32,000 nt of DNA, from the NCBI RefSeq assembly GCF_000017845.1, contig NC_010546.1:840001-872000 (forward strand), in the 5' to 3' direction. The notes under the pieces are model-generated. The model was not told the DNA's origin and did no database searches. It saw nothing but the letters and a program-made list of their open reading frames with translations. The translations under genes were made by a program, and so were the position numbers. This document shows, piece after piece, positions 26,924-32,000 of this stretch (positions are counted from its first letter, which is position 1; each line of letters opens with the position of its first letter). Source of the stretch: Crocosphaera subtropica ATCC 51142 (GTDB lineage Bacteria; Cyanobacteriota; Cyanobacteriia; Cyanobacteriales; Microcystaceae).

Positions 26924-27074
26924 AGAAATCCACCGCAACCCTCAACCCTTCTCTCAAATCCTCTATGAACTGTTGCCAGTTATGCCGTTGTCTGTTTCCT
27001 TAACAGATAAATCTACCATCAGGGGTTCTTCTTTGATAAACTGTAAGTCTTAGATAGATACCGATTAAAAACAT

Positions 27075-27269
27075 ATGGCACAACGTACTCGATTAGGAGA
27101 TTTACTCAGACCCCTTAATTCTGAATATGGGAAGGTTGTTCCTGGATGGGGAACTACTCCTTTAATGGGAGTTTTCATGGGCTTATTTTTAGTCTTCTTG
27201 TTAATCATCCTTCAAATTTACAACTCTTCTCTGATCCTCAACGGATTTACTGTTACTTGGGGAGGTTAA
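27075..27269 (+). CDS. psbH: Photosystem II reaction centre protein H
   Basis: 64 aa. [52 protein letters not shown] is an unmistakable PsbH sequence. Confidence 0.97.
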
Positions 27270-27355
27270 TTCCTCAATTTGTGATCAGTGATTAACAGTG
27301 ATAAGGTTTCGGAAAATTCCAGAAAATATATCCTCGTTATCCTGAGTTAGATTTT

Positions 27356-27378
27356 CCCCGATTTTTCGGGGTTTTTTT
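27356..27378 (+). terminator. Rho-independent terminator of psbH
   Basis: CCCCGA-TTTT-TCGGGG followed by TTTTTTT. Confidence 0.85.
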
Positions 27379-27483
27379 GTCGGTAAGACTGATTAACTCC
27401 AACCTCAAAACTCGTAATGATCCCTACAATTCAACTCTGGCTGCAATAGGATAGACTGAGAAAAGAATATATAGGAGTAACTT

Positions 27484-27753
27484 ATGAATGTTTTTGGCAT
27501 TGGACTGCCGGAAATGGCCTTAATCTTAGTGATTGCCTTATTGGTTTTTGGCCCGAAAAAACTCCCCGAAATTGGTCGTAGTCTGGGTAAAGCCATTCGT
27601 GGGTTTCAAGATGCGTCTAAAGAATTTGAAAATGAATTCAAACGGGAAGCCCAACAACTCGAAGAATCTGTCACCATGAAAGCAGAACTCGAAGAAAATA
27701 AAATGGCCAATCCTACCTCAACGGATCATGATAAGACCCAGATCAACACCTAA
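27484..27753 (+). CDS. tatA: Twin-arginine translocase subunit TatA/E
   Basis: 89 aa. MNVFGIGLPEMALILVIALLVFGPKKLPEIGRSLGKAIRGF is the canonical TatA TM helix plus amphipathic helix. An RBS, AGGAG, lies upstream. Confidence 0.92.
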   Translation: MNVFGIGLPEMALILVIALLVFGPKKLPEIGRSLGKAIRGFQDASKEFENEFKREAQQLEESVTMKAELEENKMANPTSTDHDKTQINT

Positions 27754-27960
27754 ACAGGGTAAACATCAGCCATTAACCTGAAAACTATTGTGAAATCTTT
27801 TTATGGTTGTGCAGCCCAATTCTTTTAAGAAAGGATATAATCGATGTCAAAATCTCCGTCAATGGTTAACAACCCTTAAGGGTCAACTATTTTGACAAAC
27901 AAAATGATAATTCTAGTAATTTCAGTGGTTTGATGAGGGAAATATGGAAGGAGGTTCTAG

Positions 27961-28581
27961 ATGAGTGAACAAACACCCTATGAAAAGCTTGGTGTCAATG
28001 AAACAGCCTCTTTTGAGGAAATCCAAGCAGCCAAAAACCGTTTAACAGAAGAATATAGTAATGATGTGAAAACCGTTGAAGACATCGAAGCAGCCTACGA
28101 TTCGATCATCATGGAACGGCTTAAACTCCGTCAAGAAGGTAGAATCAAAGTCCCCGATCGCATTCGTTTTGCCGAACGTCAACGAGAAATTCCCCCTACC
28201 CCTCCGTCCCTCTCCTTAGATAATTCTCCTCCCTGGTTACAGCAGTTTATTGATACCCCTTCGTCTAACGATATTCTTTGGCCGACAGGAATTTTTCTGG
28301 TTCTAGCCTTAATCGCTGGCTTTACGAATGCTGATTCTTCCTTAATTTCCCTACTTCTCGCATTAGGGGTGTTTGCTAATATTTATTTTCTCAACCGCAA
28401 AGAAAATAAGTTTGGTCGTGCATTGTTAATCACCTTAGGGGGGTTATTCTTGGGAATTGGGTTAGGATGGGGCATTAGCCAATTATTACAAGGGGCAAAT
28501 CTTCCTGGAGAAATCAGTCAATCTATTATTGGCATTGCCATCTTTTTTATCTTTTGGCTAAGTAGTAGCTTTTTACGTTAA
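27961..28581 (+). CDS. CPP1/CDF1-like membrane protein with an N-terminal J-like domain (DUF3353-type)
   Basis: 206 aa. PYEKLGVNETASFEEIQAAKNRL is J-domain helix II-like, but no HPD tripeptide follows. The C-terminal half has 3-4 TM helices. RBS is GGAAGGAGG. Confidence 0.7.
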   Translation: MSEQTPYEKLGVNETASFEEIQAAKNRLTEEYSNDVKTVEDIEAAYDSIIMERLKLRQEGRIKVPDRIRFAERQREIPPTPPSLSLDNSPPWLQQFIDTPSSNDILWPTGIFLVLALIAGFTNADSSLISLLLALGVFANIYFLNRKENKFGRALLITLGGLFLGIGLGWGISQLLQGANLPGEISQSIIGIAIFFIFWLSSSFLR

Positions 28582-28585
28582 TTCT

Positions 28586-29995
28586 GTGACTCAATTTCTA
28601 GATAATATTGATCGCCTGTTTTCGAGTCTGGTGACTCTGATTGAACGGGTACTTTTTTTTGAGGTTGGCCATTTTCCTGTGATTATCCTTTGGTTACTCA
28701 TAGGAGGAATTTTTTTTACCCTACGCATGGGTTTTATTAATATTATTGGCTTCAAACACGCCGTTAAAATTGCGTTAGGCTTTTACGACCAACTAGATAA
28801 TATCAAAGGGGAAGTCTCTTCCTTTCAAGCCTTAGCTACCGCTTTATCAGCCAGTATTGGTTTAGGAAACATTGCCGGTGTTGCGATCGCTATTCAAATG
28901 GGGGGACCTGGGGCTGTATTTTGGATGACGGTAGCCGGTTTTTTGGGAATGTCTAACAAGTTCGTTGAATGTACCCTAGGCGTAAAATATCGCATTGTTA
29001 ATCCAGACGGAACCATTATCGGCGGACCGATGTATTATCTCTCCCAAGGGTTAGCTGAGTTGGGAAAAGAAAAATTAGGCAAAGCATTGGCTATTTTTTA
29101 CGGTATGGCTGGTTTAGGGGCGGCCATTGGTGGGGGTAATATGTTTCAGGCTAATCAATCTTTTGCGGCTTTAGCGGTGGTGGTTCCTGGGGTGAAAAAC
29201 TACGATTGGCTATATGGTTTAGCCTTGGCCTTATTGGTGGGATTGGTGATTATTGGGGGTATTAGTCGCATTGGGGTGATTACCAGCAAATTAGTACCGA
29301 TAACGGTCTTTTTTTACCTTTTGGGCTGTTCTTGGGTCTTAGTGGCTAATTTTACCGCTATTCCTGCTGCTTTTGGGTTGATGTTCAGGGATGCTTTTTC
29401 GACTTCTGGGATGGAAGGAGGGCTGATCGGTATTTTGGTGCAAGGAATTAGACGCAGTGCTTTTTCTAATGGGGCCGGATTGGGATCGGCTGCGATCGCC
29501 CATGCAGTAGCGAAGACGAAAGAACCCATCCAAGAGGGCATTGTTTCTATTTTAGAGCCATTTATTGACACTATTGTTATCTGTAATGTGACCGCTTTAG
29601 TGATTATTACCACGGGAATGTATGGGGAGTCTGTCGGAGATAATATTAGTGGGTCTACCTTAGCAGCTATGGCCTTTGGTCAAGTAATCGATTGGTTTCC
29701 GTTTGTGTTAGTAGGAATTATCTGTTTATTTGGTTTTTCTACCATGATTACTTGGTGTTATTATGGAGAACAATGTTGGGCTTATGTGTTTGGTCAGCCC
29801 AGTTCTATTGTGTTTAAATTGCTCTTTTTAACTTGTATTTTTATTGGTTCTGTAGTCAGTTTAGGGGCAGTGGTTGATTTTAGCGATATGATGTTATTAA
29901 CCTTAGCTATTCCTAACCTTTTGGGGTGTATTTTGTTATCAGGAAAAGTGGCTAGTTTGCTTAAAGCATATTGGGAGAAATCAGCGATTTTTTAG
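28586..29995 (+). CDS. Alanine/glycine:cation symporter (AGCS family)
   Basis: 469 aa with a GTG start 5 nt after the preceding stop. Contains SSFQALATALSASIGLGNIAGVAIAIQMGGPGAVFWM and SNGAGLGSAAIAHA, which are AGCS signatures. Confidence 0.9.
   Translation: MTQFLDNIDRLFSSLVTLIERVLFFEVGHFPVIILWLLIGGIFFTLRMGFINIIGFKHAVKIALGFYDQLDNIKGEVSSFQALATALSASIGLGNIAGVAIAIQMGGPGAVFWMTVAGFLGMSNKFVECTLGVKYRIVNPDGTIIGGPMYYLSQGLAELGKEKLGKALAIFYGMAGLGAAIGGGNMFQANQSFAALAVVVPGVKNYDWLYGLALALLVGLVIIGGISRIGVITSKLVPITVFFYLLGCSWVLVANFTAIPAAFGLMFRDAFSTSGMEGGLIGILVQGIRRSAFSNGAGLGSAAIAHAVAKTKEPIQEGIVSILEPFIDTIVICNVTALVIITTGMYGESVGDNISGSTLAAMAFGQVIDWFPFVLVGIICLFGFSTMITWCYYGEQCWAYVFGQPSSIVFKLLFLTCIFIGSVVSLGAVVDFSDMMLLTLAIPNLLGCILLSGKVASLLKAYWEKSAIF
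28883..28890. repeat. HIP1 palindrome GCGATCGC
   Basis: Exact 8-mer read in the sequence. Confidence 0.95.
29492..29499. repeat. HIP1 palindrome GCGATCGC
   Basis: Exact 8-mer read in the sequence. Confidence 0.95.
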
Positions 29996-30041
29996 ATTAA
30001 TGATAATTAAGGTAGAGTGATTATCAGGGGAAAATTGAGCG

Positions 30042-30614
30042 ATGACAGCAGTAATTTTAAACTTAGATACCGTTAACCTAACGGATGAACAATTTTACCG
30101 TCTTTGTCAAGTTAATCAAGATTGGCAACTGGAAAGAACTGCTAAAGGAGAATTAATTGTTATGCCACCAGTTGGGGGAATTAGTGGTAATAGAGAAGCG
30201 GATTTTATCATTGACTTAGGAATATGGAACCGTCAAACTAGACTGGGAAAAGTGTTTAGTTCTTCAACTATTTTTCGATTACCAAAAGGTGGCGATCGAT
30301 CTCCCGATGCTGCTTGGATTAGTTTAACCCGTTGGCAATCTTTGAGTCGACAAGAACAAGAAAAGTTTCCTCCTATTTGTCCTGATTTTGTTATAGAATT
30401 ACGTTCTCGTACTGATTCATTAGAAACACTTCAAGAGAAAATGCAAGAGTATCTAGATAGTGGTTTACAGTTAGGTTGGTTAATTAATCCTCAACAACAA
30501 CAAGTAGAAATTTATCGTCAAAATCAACCCGTAGAAATTAAAGAATTACCAACAGATTTAAGCGGAGAAGATATTTTACCAGGGTTTAATTTATCTTTAT
30601 CTCCTTTTGAATAA
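30042..30614 (+). CDS. Uma2-family (DUF820) restriction-endonuclease-fold protein, copy 1
   Basis: 190 aa. ERTAKGELIVMPP, SPDAAW and PDFVIELRS form a PD-(D/E)xK-like core typical of the cyanobacterially expanded Uma2 family. Confidence 0.85.
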   Translation: MTAVILNLDTVNLTDEQFYRLCQVNQDWQLERTAKGELIVMPPVGGISGNREADFIIDLGIWNRQTRLGKVFSSSTIFRLPKGGDRSPDAAWISLTRWQSLSRQEQEKFPPICPDFVIELRSRTDSLETLQEKMQEYLDSGLQLGWLINPQQQQVEIYRQNQPVEIKELPTDLSGEDILPGFNLSLSPFE

Positions 30615-30649
30615 ACATTTTGATAATTATATAATGGGGATAAATATTT

Positions 30650-30901
30650 ATGACTTTTAGACAAAAATCAACAGAGGAAATGGAACATTTAGTAAAATTT
30701 GAAACCAAAGTAAAACAAGGTATGATTGATATACCAGAAGAATACAAACATCAACTTGAAGAAGGAAGTAAAGTCATGGTTATTATCAATCCTGTTGACG
30801 ATGAAAGTAAAACAACAAGGTTAATGGATAAATTAGCAAAAAATCCTATTAGTGTAAAAGGTCAAAAGAAACTAACAAGAGAGGAAATTCATGAAAGATA
30901 A
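30650..30901 (+). CDS. vapB: Putative VapB-type antitoxin
   Basis: 83 aa. The stop TAA overlaps the ATG of the PIN gene (TAATG). VKQGMIDIPEEYKHQLEEGSKVMVII is AbrB/SpoVT-hairpin-like. The call rests mainly on context. Confidence 0.6.
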   Translation: MTFRQKSTEEMEHLVKFETKVKQGMIDIPEEYKHQLEEGSKVMVIINPVDDESKTTRLMDKLAKNPISVKGQKKLTREEIHER

Positions 30902-31341
30902 TGATGAGTGATCCAAAAATATTCATTGACTCTAATATTTGGTTATACCGTTTTCTCGCTGATCAAGATCCCGATCCCCAAGAAGATGCTAGAAAACGTA
31001 AAATAGCAGTCTCATTAACTAATGAGAAAGAGATTGTAATTAGTACACAAGTAATTAATGAGGTTTGCTCTGTCTTAAAGAGAAAAACTAACCTTGCAGA
31101 AGAGGATATCTATCAACTTATTGAAGAATTTGAAGAACAATGTAATGTTATTAATGTAACTACAGTTATCCTGAAAAAAGCATCTTTTTTAAGAACTAAA
31201 TATAACTTATCCTTTTGGGATAGTTTAATTGTGGCAACTGCTCTATATGCAGAAGTAGAGAGTCTTTATTCAGAGGATATGCAAGATGGATTAATTGTTC
31301 AAGAGCAATTAACGATTATTAATCCATTTAAAATACAGTAA
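30901..31341 (+). CDS. vapC: PIN-domain toxin (VapC-like ribonuclease)
   Basis: 146 aa. Acidic residues occur in a PIN pattern: IFIDSNIWLY, QVINEV, SFWDSLIVATAL and YSEDMQDG. Confidence 0.8.
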   Translation: MMSDPKIFIDSNIWLYRFLADQDPDPQEDARKRKIAVSLTNEKEIVISTQVINEVCSVLKRKTNLAEEDIYQLIEEFEEQCNVINVTTVILKKASFLRTKYNLSFWDSLIVATALYAEVESLYSEDMQDGLIVQEQLTIINPFKIQ

Positions 31342-31406
31342 AAAGTAACTTTTTAGCTGGAATACATGGTTATTTCTATACAAAATATTAAATTCTATCA
31401 AAATAC

Positions 31407-31433
31407 TTGACTTCCCCCCCCCAATGTTAAGTT
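31407..31433 (+). promoter_or_regulatory. Putative promoter with a C9 homopolymer tract in the spacer
   Basis: TTGACT (31407-31412), then T + CCCCCCCCC (31414-31422) + AATGT, then TAAGTT (31428-31433). This lies about 45 nt upstream of the mini-ORF ATG. The spacer as written is 15 nt. Confidence 0.3.
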
Positions 31434-31475
31434 TTGTTGTGCAATAATAACTTTCTTACATCTTGAGGAGTAACA

Positions 31476-31607
31476 ATGAGTACAAAACAATTGTCTGAAA
31501 GAACAGAAAAAACAGCTGTTCCTGAACCTTTAACCATTTTAGGTGCTGGATCTGCCATTGCTTTTGGTACAGCGTTTAAGCGTAAATTAGGCAAAAAGAA
31601 AGCATAA
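31476..31607 (+). CDS. 43-aa mini-protein consisting essentially of a PEP-CTERM-type sorting signal
   Basis: It falls below the ORF-track length cutoff. The SD GAGGAG (31465-31470) precedes the ATG at 31476. The translation is MSTKQLSERTEKTAVPEPLTILGAGSAIAFGTAFKRKLGKKKA*, which is PEP, a hydrophobic Gly/Ala-rich helix and a basic cluster. A terminator follows. Confidence 0.6.
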   Translation: MSTKQLSERTEKTAVPEPLTILGAGSAIAFGTAFKRKLGKKKA

Positions 31608-31638
31608 ATTAGCTTAACTTTTTAATAAATCTTTGTAG

Positions 31639-31668
31639 GGGCTTAATAATATTAAGCCCTTGTTTATT
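31639..31668 (+). terminator. Intrinsic terminator after the mini-ORF
   Basis: GGGCTTAATA-A-TATTAAGCCC followed by TTGTTTATT. Confidence 0.6.
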
Positions 31669-31712
31669 GGCTACAATTAAAACTAGGGTGATTTTTGGGA
31701 CATAATTAAGCC

Positions 31713-32000
31713 ATGACAGCAGTAATTTTAAACTTAGATACAGTTAACCTAACGGATGAACAATTTTACCGTCTTTGTCAAGTTAATCAAGATTGGCAAC
31801 TAGAAAGAACTGCTAAAGGAGAATTAATTGTTATGCCACCAGTGGGGGGAATTAGTGGAGGTCGAGAAGCTGATTTAATCAGTTTACTATGGTTATGGAA
31901 TCATCAAACTGGACTGGGTAAAGTATTTAGTTCTTCGACTATTTTTCGTTTACCAAAGGGTGGCGATCGTTCTCCCGATGCTGCTTGGATTAGTTTAACC
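31713..32000 (+). CDS. Uma2-family endonuclease-fold protein, copy 2 (5' part, runs off the right edge)
   Basis: The ATG is at 31713 and the frame stays open to the window end (96 codons). MTAVILNLDTVNLTDEQFYRLCQVNQDWQLERTAKGELIVMPPVGGISG... is nearly identical to copy 1. Confidence 0.85.
   Translation, partial: MTAVILNLDTVNLTDEQFYRLCQVNQDWQLERTAKGELIVMPPVGGISGGREADLISLLWLWNHQTGLGKVFSSSTIFRLPKGGDRSPDAAWISLT

Noticed and set aside
26924-27483. Search for psbN next to psbH, which is a common divergent pair in cyanobacteria and plastids
   Set aside because: I translated the minus strand on both sides of psbH. Only short unrelated peptides appear (MVDLSVKETDNGITGNSS* and [24 protein letters not shown]). 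No PsbN-like sequence is present in this window.
21217-29613. ORFs 21217..21420(+), 24106..24387(+), 27405..27596(-), 29314..29613(-) and 29339..29533(-)
   Set aside because: They are antisense to the EamA, MerA-like, tatA and AGCS genes respectively, and all are explained by the stronger overlapping gene.

Overview
This is an AT-rich cyanobacterial chromosome segment. The evidence is psbH, 14 perfect HIP1 palindromes (GCGATCGC), phylloquinone menB and a three-gene split pnt operon. The gene content looks like a unicellular Cyanothece/Crocosphaera-type genome, but I cannot name the strain. About 35 credible protein genes are present, mostly housekeeping or transport. They include trpD, menB, ahcY, pntAA-pntAB-pntB, an SLC12-like cation-chloride cotransporter, and a P3A-type H+-ATPase lying between mop and modA. 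Also present are an EamA transporter, a phosphoribosyltransferase, a MerA-like flavoprotein, a SIMPL protein, psbH, tatA, a CPP1-like J-like membrane protein and an alanine/glycine:cation symporter. I recognised no rRNA, tRNA, CRISPR array or transposase. Unusual content sits in four places. (i) At 4.1-5.3 kb there is an orphan mazE, a gutted mazF remnant and a very AT-rich methyltransferase. (ii) At 19.4-20.6 kb there is an amidohydrolase pseudogene with one frameshift and two nonsense lesions. (iii) At 25.1-26.9 kb there are small unknown genes (a cupin-like HDHPW protein and a non-canonical pilin-like protein) and a perfect 16-bp palindrome. (iv) At 30.0-32.0 kb two Uma2 endonuclease paralogues with nearly identical 5' ends bracket a vapBC module and a self-contained 43-codon gene. 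That small gene encodes little more than a PEP-CTERM-type sorting signal and is preceded by a C9 homopolymer tract in its putative promoter. I did not find a convincing large multi-gene novel system. The right-end cassette and the mop / H+-ATPase / orphan modA neighbourhood are the best candidates for follow-up. All functional calls rest on motif recognition from memory, because no searches were run.
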